64,000 nucleotides of DNA from Octopus sinensis (taxonomy: Eukaryota): contig NC_042997.1 in the NCBI RefSeq assembly GCF_006345805.1, forward strand, positions 187,612,001-187,676,000, written 5' to 3'. Positions within the stretch are counted from its first letter, which is position 1. Each line of letters starts with the position of its first letter. The notes under the pieces are model-generated. The model did not search any database and was not told the DNA's origin. It worked only from the letters and a program-made list of their open reading frames with translations. This document shows positions 25,388 to 38,900 of the stretch, in pieces. Both the position numbers and the translations under genes were made by a program.

Positions 25388-28300
25388 TACACTGATCATC
25401 TGTTTTTTCCCATGCTAGCATGGTTTTGGATGGCAAGGTATCTGAGCTAAGGATTTATGGCTGGATGCTCTTCCTGTCACCAACCCATACCATATAAGGG
25501 AGTTTTTATTCCAGAAATCTTCGAAAGAGCAAAACAACCAGACATAATGCCAACAAAGAATGTCAGTAATATCACCATTACTTCACCACTCAATTGGTGG
25601 CAGTACATGAAATATCAACCTTTACATACATTCACACAAATCCATGCATGTGCACACAAGCACTTACATAATAGGCATTCATTGATAGGCAGCTGTAAGA
25701 TCACTGCTTTTTGTTTTAGTTACAGTTCAAGTCAGAGTTTTAGGTGTAAGTTAACTTGAGCATACTTGTAATAGTTACATACACTTGTATGTACATACAA
25801 TTACCCTGTGCTTGAGGAGACCTATTGAGTCAAGTACATCAACATCAAAAATCAATGGAAATTGTAGTTGTGTTCCCTGTGCCGGTGGCACGTAAAAAGC
25901 ACCATTCGAACATGGCTGATGCCAGCACTGCCTTGACTAGCTTCCGTGCTAGTGCCACGTAAAAAGCACCATCCGAACATGGCCGATGCCAGTGCTGCCT
26001 TGACTGGCTTCTGTGCCGGTGGCACGTAAAAAGCACCAATCTGATTGTGGCCATTGCCAGCCTCGCCTGGCACATAAAAAGCACCCACTACACTCACAGA
26101 GGGGTTGGCTTTAGGAAGGGCATCCAGCTGTAGAAACACTGCCAGATCAAACTAGAGCCTGGTGCAGCCTTCTGGCTTCCCAGATCCTGGTCAAACCGTC
26201 CAACCCATGCTAGCATGGAAAACGGAAGTTAAACGCTGATGATGATGACGATGATGATGATGATGATGATGTATGTACCTATTGCATTACATCAGTAGAT
26301 GGAATATTACCTGATCTTTCTCCCTATAAAAATACACACACATATAGTTAACATATTACTAAGTGTAACTCTTATTTTTATTCTCGAACAATTGTTGTTT
26401 AGATTTGATCTGTCCAAATCAAGCAAACCTAAAAACAAAGGTGTCCCAGTCATGGACTTAACTTTTATCAGACAGTGTATCAAGGAATTAATTATCCAAT
26501 GTCTTCTGATTTTAAGATAATATGAAGTGATTCACAATACTGCTACTCTAGCAGTTTGTGTGACTCCATAGAGTACCCCACTAACTACACTGGCTTCACT
26601 TTTTACAGCATTAGCTTATTTCTTGATAGTTTCTGTTGTAGATTAGTCCAGAGCAAGCCAAGTCAACAGACAGAATGGTCAAAGGCATTCCAGCTATGAC
26701 CATCCTATCCCTTTAAGAGTATCTAGGACTACATTATTAAACTACAGCTTAAAATCTCAGAGAGGAGAGAATACATTAAATAATGTATTCTTTCCTTTTT
26801 GAGACGATAAGGGGTAGTTTGAGAGATACTTGGTTGCTTTTTCTAGTAGGTTGAGCAACCACCTAGAGGCTCCATTGTTAGTTCAAAGGCTCCCATACTG
26901 ATAATATGATACGGCATGGCTTCTCTACACTCAGACTGTTGTTAAGGCAACAGGTCACACAGACTGATATGAAAGCTAGTTACAAAATTACATACTGTTC
27001 ATTGTATCCACAGCGTCGATCAGTTTCTAAACCAAACTCTGTCAATGTTGGCACTAGGTAGGAATACATCTCATTTGCTATGCTGTTTGGAATACCTTCC
27101 CAGGCTACAACGCATATTATGAGGCAAGCAGTTTCACAAAAATGTCCCTGTCGGTGTCTGACAAGACAGAGAACTTTCTCTTCGACCCCAGATCTGCGGA
27201 CAATCTGAAAGTAAATGAAAGCAAAGCAAAAAATATTGTGGTGAGACAATAATAATATTACATGATTTCTGATTAACACTAAATGGTACATGTTATAGAC
27301 GTTGTTAACTGTTATAACTGCTGGCACCAGTGTTATTTGTACTGATAGTATCAAAACTACTAATTGTAGTAGTAGTAGTGGTGGTGGCGGTGGCGGCATC
27401 AGCAGCAGCAGCAGTAGCAGTAGTAGAGGAGGAAGAGGAGGTGGAGGGAAGATGATACTATAAGTATAAGAGGTACAAGTACCTCTTGTGAAGTTGTTAT
27501 CAATACACTGATACCAATAAAATAAATACAGCAAGTGCTTGTATTGATAATGCATCACAACAACCTGATAAATTAAGAGATTATGATTGTACTAATCTGT
27601 TCGCTCTAAACCAAGTGTTTTCAACTGGAGTTGATATGGCCATTGGCGGGGGTCCATATAAGATTTTTTTTTTTGTTAAAATTTATGTACAATGAATTTG
27701 GTTACATTTCTACAATACACAAAATATTTCAACATATTTTTTTATACAATTCCTAATAATATTCAATTATAAAAATATAACAGGATTTTATTTAAACATC
27801 AAATGACAATGGGGGTCCAGTAGAGTAAAATAGAAATAAGAGGGGTCCATAGGCAAAAAAACGGTTGAGAACCACTGATCTAAACTACAGTTTCTACTTA
27901 GAAGATGTAACTATTAAGTCAGCTCTGACATAAAGGAATTCACAGCTTTTAGAGGGCTTTGTTTTGTTTCTAGAAACTTCAGATGAGGTATGTTGGTTAC
28001 AGGTGTAACTGCTTTAACTATAAGTTTACTTACTCAGAGCTGACCTGAGACTAAACAACAATTTCCAGTCCACCTGCCTGTCCCTTACCCCTTAATTGTT
28101 TGCAGTCATCAAATTACCTAAATCTTTTGGTGCCCAACCATTATCTAAATCACAGGCCCAAATGACTTCCTAGCCTTTGCCTTTAGTGTGTCCCTTATTA
28201 GCTCTTGTTATAATCAAACTTTTCGATATCTTTTTTCCAAGTCTATTTAAACAAAAGGAATTTCTTGTAGAAAGTAGACACTTTTGATACAGTTAGCTAC

Positions 28301-31300
28301 TGCTGAATCTTTCTTAACTCCAATATATTTTACAGAATGCAGAACGTTGTTATTAATGATGAACTACAACATTTTAACTATTTCTCTTCCTTTAGTGACC
28401 ATCAATACAGATACCAAATCATCAAATCCACTGGTATGATTTCTTTCTAATTCTATATAATGATTAAGTATAAAACTATGATCACATTAAAACTTCTACA
28501 TTTGGAATTAGCAGAGCTTTTCACAAAATACAAAATAACTGCTGGCCAAACTTTCTTTCTATAACTAATTACAGTAGTGGTATGAGCAGTAGTAGTAGGA
28601 GGAAAGATACAGTACTAGTTTCTGTATATTTTCTGAAGTAGTACCAAAAACATTTACAGTAATAATGTATGTGTATATAGTTGTAATACCAGCAATATTT
28701 ATAGCACTAGTACCAAATACTAACAGTACCAATACTTAAATTCTCTTTCTAGTAAGTAGATTCACATGATACCTCCATTTTCATGAATAATTGCCAACTT
28801 TTCATGAACAATTGCCAAGCTATCCCAACACACATAATATGGTTTCCTATCTCTAAACAATACTATATTCTTAATACTCTCAGAACAACATTAAATAACT
28901 TTGGTTTCTTCTTTAAGGAAAAAATATGTTTCATACCTAGCATACAACACCCAGTCAAAAAGGGAACTTCTATGCAGTCACTTGAACAACTAGAAATTGA
29001 CAACCATCTTTAAGTAAGGACACACTGGGTAGTCCTAGATATAGAATTAAGTGGGATGACTGAAAAAACCATTGATAATAGGTCTATTGTTGATTAGACC
29101 AGGTTGGCTTTGATCAAGAAGATATGTAGTCAAAGGCATTCCTACTATAATCATCATATTTTCTTTTATCAAACATAGGACTGCATTTACTGAATTTTCT
29201 TTTAAGATGGTAAGGTGTGATTTTGAAGGAGACATACTATTATTTCTAGTGGGCTGACAGGGTGAGCCATCAATTAGAGACTCCCTCATTAACTACTCAG
29301 CCAGGGCTAATCTGAAGCTAAACAACCTCATTACTTGACATATCCCTGACATACACTAACTCCAAAATCTTTTTGTTTGACATAAATGCTATCGACTTCA
29401 CTACTTTGTTTTGAGAAATCAAGTTGAGTTGTGTGCCAGTCTATGGACACAAGAATTAAATAATAAATCTTGGCTAGGATAAAATAACTCTGGTAGAATT
29501 AAGTTAAATTGATATTTTATTCTTGATAATAACTTACTTAAACAAACTTGTGAGAATATAAATATACAGTAAATTAAGATAAAAATTCTCTATCTTATGA
29601 TAGCACAGGGGAAAATATAATCATTGAAATGGTTTCTTAGTGTGTAACAATAAATAAAAATGCCATCAGTTCTTTTAGTCAGCTAATATATAATTATTAG
29701 GAGAGCATTTGTTCTGTAATGATGCCAGAGATAGGAGTGTTCTACAGCATTAAGTTTCTGCTTAATTGTAAATATTCAATAATTCAAGGAAACAAATTAA
29801 CTGCATCATAACTCACAAGTTAAGGTCTAGTCTTTCCAACCTGGGAAAATAATGATAAGACAATATTAAATGCTGGGCTATGGTAAACAAGTTTGCTTTC
29901 CAATCACATGGTTCCAGGTTCATTCCCTTTGCATAGCACCTTGAGTATAACTTCATGTTAACTAAAGTCTTTTGAATGGAATTTGAGAGACAGAAGATGT
30001 GTAGAAGCCTGTTATATGTGTATAATGGCTAAAAATAAACACAGAAATACTTAGTGGTATTTATTCTATTCAAACTGCACAAACATTTATCACTTTGGAA
30101 ATCTGAAATGCAATGAACCTATGAATGGCTCATTGGAAATCTATAACCAATGATGATGTTGTTCACAAAATGTATGATACAAAAATTAATGATAAATAAT
30201 TGTACTTACCCACTTTGCAATTGGACAGCCCTGACTACTTTTGCCCTCCTTTCCAGTATAAATAATTTTCTCTACACGAACAGCCTCACCAGATAACCCA
30301 GTTCTGTAGAAATGGCAAAGACGCAAATTGAAAACATACTCAATAATTTAATTATACTAAATTAATGTTTTTAAAGATACAGGTTAAGTATTAAAACATT
30401 AACTTTAATTCTTACATGACACAATGCAACTCATTCATGCTTCCTTAAAAATTTTAGTATTTCCTAAGATTGTGATATATAATTGTGTATGTACATGCAT
30501 GCGTGTACATGTGTGTGTTTGTGTGTGCATGTGCATACACATGTATAGATATTTTATTGATGTAAATGTGTTTAACAGTAACAGTAAAAAATACAAGTGA
30601 GAAATTTAAAGAAAATGTGTGAGCAGATGTATTTGTGGAGCAAATAAGTAACAATATTTAAACATGTAGAATTATGAACACTTATGAATAATCTTTTTTA
30701 CACTCAAAATAATTTATCATTAAATTCCAAATCTAACTATTGTAAATGAAATCTTTAAAATTTCTAAAACCATCATCTTTAAAATTTGGCCACAGGTTTC
30801 TTTTGGCTGTAATTAAGTAAAAGAGTTAAAATAAGTAAACCCAAGAGTAACTACAAATACTAAAAGACTATTCAAATTACAATTGATACCATCTTAAATA
30901 TTTCAATGTATGAGAATAATTTAAGGTGATAAATGAAGTAATTTGAAATTTGATAAATCATTACATTAGTCACAGAAAAAGAAGATTTTGTGCCTTTGGT
31001 GAGGATCTTTTTTTTTTTAAGCTATCTGTAATGTTGGCGATGTAATGGAAAAATGAGACAGGACAGAAAGTATTCTTCTTTCAGGAGGTGTCCACTTATA
31101 TGTATCTATTCTAGAATGGTTTGTAAATTAAGTGAATATTCAGATCAAGGAATACCTGTAACATGGTTTGTATTCACTACCCATACCTGATACCTAGGTC
31201 TTAGTATCTGTAGTTATAAGTACTCTAATCTCTCAATATATAAATGGCAAAATGTCTGTCTGTGTGTCGTTTATACAAATCCACAATTTTTCAGTTAGAG

Positions 31301-34300
31301 GGCTCGCACTTTCTATGGTCATTCAAAACCATCCAAGGGTGGTTTTACATTTTACATTTCCCCAGTCACCCAGCAAAGCCATTAAAAAATCAATAGAAGT
31401 GACTTTTTGTGAATTTTCTATCCAAAACCCAATCAAAATGCCCGAAACTTGATACGCCAATTGAATGCCAGCTAGCTGTATGTGACTGGTCAGAGATTTG
31501 GACAGTACTCGTGTGTATGTGCGCATGCATGCAGCTGTATATGCATGCACTAGCAGTATGACCCGGCAACGCTGGGTCATAGTGCTAGTTATAATATAAA
31601 GGACTTCAAATTTAGATTTTAAAGATATTTGTGTATTTAACCTAACATTTAATTGAAATATTTCAGATTTCTAATGGTTTAGGTTTTATTCAGATGCTCA
31701 GACCATAATATTAAAATATGAATTACTAATTGGGAAGGAATTTAAATTCTAAAGCAATCTTTTCAGAAACAAAAACAACACATTGTTTAGTTTTAAAAAA
31801 ATAACTGAGACAGTACAGACACCAGTAAGTTAAACAATGAGTGCTTGTATTTTCTGAAATGAATTAGTAAGAGAGACATGGTTACTGAGTGCTTGATACA
31901 TGATTTACACTTCTGACTTCTAAGTTAATCTGATATTGCCATAGACAATGTTTTTTGTACTTAGTTACTTTCCATTATTCAACTCTATTCAGCTTGTCTA
32001 GCTCTCCAAAACATGCACCAATTCCACATTAGTTGTTGTCATTAGAGAGAATCAAAAGCAAATTAAAAACTGAAACAAAAATCAATCATTTATAAAAAAT
32101 ATAAACTGTTTGATCAGAAAATAAATATTTTCAGTTTGCATTTTGGACATTAATTTATCAATGAATATTTGTAACATTTTTGTAGAGGATCATGATTTAA
32201 TAGCTTTTATAATTTTGTTTGAAAAGGAAATTTTATCTTCTTATTTTAATGATCTGAATTTAGACCATTTCAATTGACATCTGTGTCTTTGAGATTTTTC
32301 AAGAAGTTTAAAGAATGTTGAAAAAACAAAAAACATAAAAAGCTGACAAACACAGCAAACACAGATGTTTTTAAGTTATAACTTCACTGTCAACATTCAA
32401 CCACATTTGAAATTACCATTTGTTATCATTATTGATGATGTTCTGAGTTCAAATGCCATCATGGTCGACTTTGCCTTTAATCCTTTTGTGGTCGATAAAT
32501 TAAGTACCAGTTGTGTACTGGGATCAATCTAATCGACTGGCCCCCTCCCACCAAATTTCAGGCCTTGTGCATATAGTAGAAAATATTATTGATGCTGCTA
32601 TTACTACTTTTATTAACATCATTAGCAGCAGTAACACGTCTTAATAGATTTATCATTGCCATCTTCTCTACAATCATCTCTTCCTCTCTCTGCATTGAAA
32701 ACCTGCGTGAAAGCTTATGAACTTTATTTTCTTCTTATAATCTTTGTTTGCTTGTTGTTGCTTTTTTTTCTCAGAATCAGAATATTAATTACTTACCGAT
32801 TTTCCATTATCTTTTTCACTTCTTCTAATGAAGACCCTGCTCCTAAGTGAGTATAAAAGGGCCCTTCAACAGCTTCACTAGGAACATCTAAGCATAAAAA
32901 CAAAAGCAACACAGATAAGAAATAGTTTCAAACCATTTTGTTAACAATGTTTTATACAAGAACTCACAAGCATTTATAGGGATATTTTTTTTTAAACATC
33001 CAACACAGAAAAATACTTTATTTTCACTTTTAATAAGAAATCTTTGTTAGAGTTCAGAGAAGTTTAAAACATTTCCCACCTTTATTGTAATTTTAGACTT
33101 CCCTTTAATATATATTTTCTGCAAATTCATGACAACAACAATATGAATCTAAGTGAGTTGTATGTTGCGTAAGATTTCACAAAAGGTTTTAATAACTACA
33201 AGAAGTATAGATAAGTAACCTAGTTAATCATTCTGCATTTGATAATACAGACTGATTGATTTTATATTGGAAAATAGACTTTACAGTCATTAGTTTATTA
33301 CTTATTTAATTAACCCCAGGATGAGCACTGAACAGCAGACTTGTGATCAAAGGCAATCCTGTTGCAACCATTAGTGTGCTATGTGCTAAGTCATTTTATG
33401 GTTTAGTCAGAAGGAAGGGTTGCATACATGACCTTTGCAGGCCCCCTGAATCCAGTGATATCAATATGTTTGAAAATTATAGCAAGAGTGAGCACACAGC
33501 ATGACTGTGTATTAGAAGTTGAAAGATAATGGTGTGCAACACCTAGCTAATCAGTTGGATGGCTTTCTTTTTCTTTTGGATGCAACCAGGAATATTCATT
33601 GTATGCAGTAGCAGAAGTGAAAGCAGTGAGTTTCATTCGAACACTGTAGAAGTTTTGCAATTGTTTGAAGTTGAGGTAAATACTTCCTGTTAGTGAAGAA
33701 GATTACTAGTCACTAAGGCATAAATTTTGTTATATTATAAATATGAAACTACCAGGAGAAATTATTAGTATTTGTTGTGACTTTGGAAGTTTTAGACTTG
33801 AGGGGATTGGGTACAAGATTGTTTTCTTGATATGTGCAGTGTTTGTGAAACAACATTGTCATGTTTCTGTTGGAGAAGGCTTTTGATGTCTCTGTTCAAT
33901 AAGATAGTAACTTCAATATGAAGCATCTTTGTGTTAAAGATTAGGAGAGATGACTCATGTCATCTACATATGAGTTATTAGAGATGACAGCAAACATTCT
34001 GTTGATGTGCATGAGGAAGAGTGTAGAAGATATAACCAAAACTTGGAGAGTACCAGAGTTAATAGAGTGTGATCAGACAGAGAGTGCCCTAAAAACACAC
34101 ATTCTAAGGGTGAGATTTAACAGGAAGCTTCTGATAAAAGAAACAAGAGATAGATGGGTTCCGTAGGTGAACTGCTTAGCTAGAAGATTCTTATGACAAA
34201 CACTGTGAATGTTCTGCTGTTGACAAGTGCAATGAAATTGCTTTCAATGAATTTCTGAAAAGAAAGAGTTAAAGATGAATAACACAGAATAGGTCTCCAT

Positions 34301-35883
34301 TAGATCTAGGGTAATAGAACCCTGATAATTTACAGAAATCACTAAGGATGGGAGGGGATTGTCAATGCCTATTTCAATGACTTTTGAGATGTTGAAAGTA
34401 AAATCAATGATAAGTCATGAGTTCACATAATCAAAGAGATATTCCTTCTTAGGAATGGGGCACACTGTAGTAATTTTCCAAAGATCAGGATATAATTCTT
34501 CAGTGGAACTGATAATGGAAAGGAGAAAGAGTAACTTTGGGGTGCATTGTTTGAGGATAGAGCTGATGGCTTTGTTTTTCTGAGGTGATCAGAAGTGTAT
34601 TCATGAGTACTGTGTCTATATATGCTTGTGAGCCGAGTCAAGTGGAGAAGGAAAGCTTGGGATCATTTTTTTTGGTCAAGTGTGTGTAATGTTTAGTAAG
34701 ATGTAAAGTGAGAAGCAAATGTAGAAACTTTCTCTATAGGACTAGTGTTTATGGAACCATCATGGTTGAGAGATGGAAAGTCAGATAATATTAGTATAGA
34801 TCTTCCAAGAAAATTAGTTACATTTAGAAAACTAGAAGATGGTTTTGGCTACATACTTAACTCTCTTAGGTGGATCAAGGGTGAAGCACACATATTGTTA
34901 GGGACAGTTAGCATAGAATTGGCAGCAAATTTCACTAGTTAGCTGACTTGAAATACCATAGGGTTTGAGAAGTAGGAGGGTTATGTAGTTTGTGGATATA
35001 TATGGCAGGTAGTCACGATCAGGTAGTAACCGGGTGATCTGATATATGCAGAGATGGTGGTAGTTTGATGAAGGATGCATTTGGAAATGCGAAAAAGATC
35101 AGGAGTGTCAGGAATGTATGTGTGTAATCAGTGGTATATATTTCTTTACTACCCACAAGGGGCTAAACACAGAGGGGACAAACAAGGACAGACAAACGGA
35201 TTAAGTTGATTACATCGACCCCAGTGCGTAACTGGTACTTAATTTATCGACCCCGAAAGGATGAAAGGCAAAGTTGACCTTGGCAGAATTTGAACTCAGA
35301 ACGTAACAGCAGATGAAATACGGCTGCACATTTCACCCGGCGTGCTAACGTTTCTGTTAGCTCGCCGCCTTTGTGGTATATGTAGGTGATGAAAAGAATT
35401 GTGGAAGAGCATTAAAAACAGCAAAAGATTCAGCTTTTGCACCAACTGCATCAATATAGGGTTAATGGGAAAGCCAAGAAGAAACCGGCACACTGAAGTT
35501 TCAGACACTGTTGACACCAAAGACAGGTGAAATGAGATAAATGTCCTCAAAGCAAGATGAAAAATGGTCAAATAGTTGTGATGATTGGAGAAGTTTCAGC
35601 CAATGTAACTGACAGTTCTTGTTATTATAATGGTGAGATAAGTGAGGAAGGACATTCTACACAGGTGCTATACAAACTATCAGTTTGAATATAATACAAC
35701 CTGCAGTTGGGCAGTAGATAACAGATTAGAGGTTGGTTTTTCAGACAGAAATGAAGTTTGTGGTTTGTATATGAATTTGTGACAAATGCTGGGGTCCACA
35801 AAAAAGCATGTGCAAATCCATGTCACTCCAACCCATACCTGCATGGAAAACAGACATTAAAGGATGATTTTGATGACGATAAT

Positions 35884-35944
<61 letters not shown>

Positions 35945-38900
35945 TATATAAACATAAAGATATAGATATAAAGACAGACAGATAGTTAGATATAGTTAAT
36001 CAAATATATTCAATAAGAATAAAGTGTACTGGATTTCAGATAAGTGCTCTTGGTATGAGAAATGTCTAAAACCTTAAAATGTATTTAGAGATTCAATTGG
36101 AGTGATTATACATTAGAAAGTAAAAGCAGGAAAAATTACATCAAAAAATCACATTAGATATATATCCATAATATAAATAATATTATATTAATTGATAAAT
36201 ATATGAAGCAAGATTATTTAAAAAGGCTTTAAATAATCATACTTTATATATTTATCAATTAATACAATATTAAATATATATTTATCAATTAATACAATAT
36301 TATTTATATAGATGTATATCTAATGTGATTTTTTGATGTAATTTTTTCTGCTTTTACTTTCTAATAAATAAATAGATAGATAGACAGACAGAAGAGAGAG
36401 ACAGAGAGACAGAGAGAAAGAGAGACAGATAGAAAGATATACACATGCACACACATTTTTATTTATACACACACAATCACACACATGCACACACTCATAC
36501 ATATATATTTATGTATAGAGATACACAATTTATATGCATACATGCACATTCACACAACCATCCCAGCTGAGGGGAGAATTCAGAGTAAACTGTCAACTTC
36601 TGATATAATAAACATTGCTGTTTACTCTACCCAGTGTATTGCATTCTATATAATATAATGTTTGCATTATGTAGAATTTATTTTAATATACTTTACAATT
36701 TTTACATTATGTTACACACATACACACACACATTTATATGCATATGCATTTTTATATACATACCACTATGTATGTATGCATAAACATTTAATCACACACA
36801 CACACACACAATCTAACCCAGGCCTGGCCAACTTGAATTACATTGTGGGCCACTTTAATCACAGAAAGTTTTTGGAGGGCTGCTTGTATACTGACAGAAT
36901 TGAAAGCATTTTGCTTTTTTCATGCTAGTATTACAATAATGAATGAATGATCGTTGATTCAACATAAAATATATATTTCTTTATTGCCCACAGTGGGGGC
37001 TAAACTGAAAGGAGACAAACAAGGATGAAAGGCAAAGTCAACCTCAGTGGAATTTGAACTCAGAATGTAACAGCAGATGAAATACCGCTAAGCATTTCGC
37101 CCGGCATGTTAACAATTCTGTCAGCTTGCCGCCCTATTCAACATGAAATATTATCATTGCAAAAACAGTAGTAATTTTTTCATTCATTTATTTAGCGCCC
37201 GCTTTCCATGCTAGCATGGGTTGGACGGTTCAAGTGAGGTCTGGGAAACCAGAAGGCTGCACCAGGCCCAGTCTGATCTGGCAATGTTTCTACGGCTGGA
37301 TGCCCTTCCTAATGCCAACCACTCCGTGAGTGTAGTGGGTGCTTTTTACGTGCCACCGGCACAGGTGCCAGACGGGGCTGGCAAACGGCCACAGTCGGAT
37401 GGTGCTTTTTATGTGCCACCGGCATGGGGGCCAGGCGAGGCTGGCAACAGCCATGATCGGTTGGTGGTTTTTATGTGCCACCAGCCTTTTTTACTTTTCC
37501 TTACAATCTTTAATTTTTGATAAACTTCTAAAAATGTTTGTTTAAATAAACTCATTTCAAGAAAGTATCAAGCAGGCCGCAAGATAAAAGTCTGTGGGCC
37601 ACATGCAACCCACGGTCCTCAGGTTGGCTAGCCCTGATCTAACCTATACCAGCATGAAAAAGTGAATGTAAAACAATTATGGTATCAATTTGGGTTTACT
37701 CAATGTATATTTATAGTGTGTAATACATTTAGTTTTATAAAGTAGGTGATTTATTCTGTAACTCAAACAAAATTATTCTTGTCACCTAAATGAATGGTCA
37801 TATTCCAGAAACTCCAAATAATGACAGGGTAAATCACCAGTTTCATACATGTTTGTTTTCTTTTCACATTAATCATCATCATCATCGTTTAACGTCCGCT
37901 TTCCATGCTAGCATGGGTTGGACAGTTCAACTGGGGTCTGGGAAGCCCGAAGGCTGCACCAGGCCAGTCAGATCTGGCAGTGTTTCTACAGCTGGATGCC
38001 CTAACGCCAACCACTCCGTGAGTGTAGTGGGTGCTTTTTATGTGCCACCGATACAGATCTCCACAGTATTTAAGAGCTCAATTATTAACACATTTATAAT
38101 AATAAAAGTGCAATTCTGTCTGTCCGTCTGGGACCCATGTATCTCAGTCTACATTTGTTCTACATATACATATTATACCTTTTTGGAATCAAGATGATCC
38201 CGGGATTGAAAATCTGCCCTTCATTTGGTTCTTGAACATCCAGCATTGAGATCAGGTCTGGATGAGGATTTGTTATATGCTAACAGTTGAAAATTCAAAT
38301 TTTAAAAAAAGTCCAAAAATTTCTGAACTTACAAGTTTTCATTTAAACTGAATTTAAAGTAATACCATATCAGTAGGGTATCAATTAATGCTCCCTTTAG
38401 TTTGGAGCTGAAGGCCCAATTAGCCCTTTGCAGGAGCTAGCTCAAAAGTCAGCAGGATTGCAGCTTCTAAGCTAGCTGTTAATAAATTAATAAATTAATA
38501 CAATGAAATAAACATTGGTGCAATAAATTTCAATGTATCTGAAAAACTGGTTAAAACAGTAGTTGAGGGCAACATGTTTAGGACAGTAAAAAAGTAGATA
38601 TTTCGCAGGTGATTCGTAATTAAATTATGAATTACCTGTGAAATTTCTGCTTGTCAGCTCTTTTTTTATTATACATATAATATTATATACATATTTCCAA
38701 ATACATCTTGCAAAGGGAAAAGTTAAGAAGTTTTTTTCTAATGTTCTCTCAACTGCAATGTAATGGGGAAATAAATAAAAAAAATTGTTGGTAGAAATTG
38801 CATAGCGAGTGATAGTGGCACACTCATTCTCACTGATATTGAGACAAAAGAGGGATGGAATCAATACTATGTGTAGTTGCTGAATGAAGAGAATGTATAA

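Larger units (their letters stand above)
36819..37636. mobile_element. hAT-type MITE with nested SINE and RTE insertions
   Basis: Ends CAGGCCTGGCCAAC and GTTGGCTAGCCCTG; perfect 8-bp TSD ATCTAACC at 36811-36818 and 37637-37644. Confidence 0.85.

Noticed and set aside
25865-26095. CRISPR-like array (palindromic 25-nt repeat with ~40-nt spacers; GGTGCTTTTT also recalls an sgRNA scaffold end)
   Set aside because: The spacers are homologous to one another, the array is embedded in a dispersed LINE 3' UTR, the context is eukaryotic, and there are no cas genes.
27205-27558. Pro/Leu-rich N-terminal part of the 192-aa ORF
   Set aside because: Intronic trinucleotide repeats read in frame with the real exon; a good acceptor lies at 27205.
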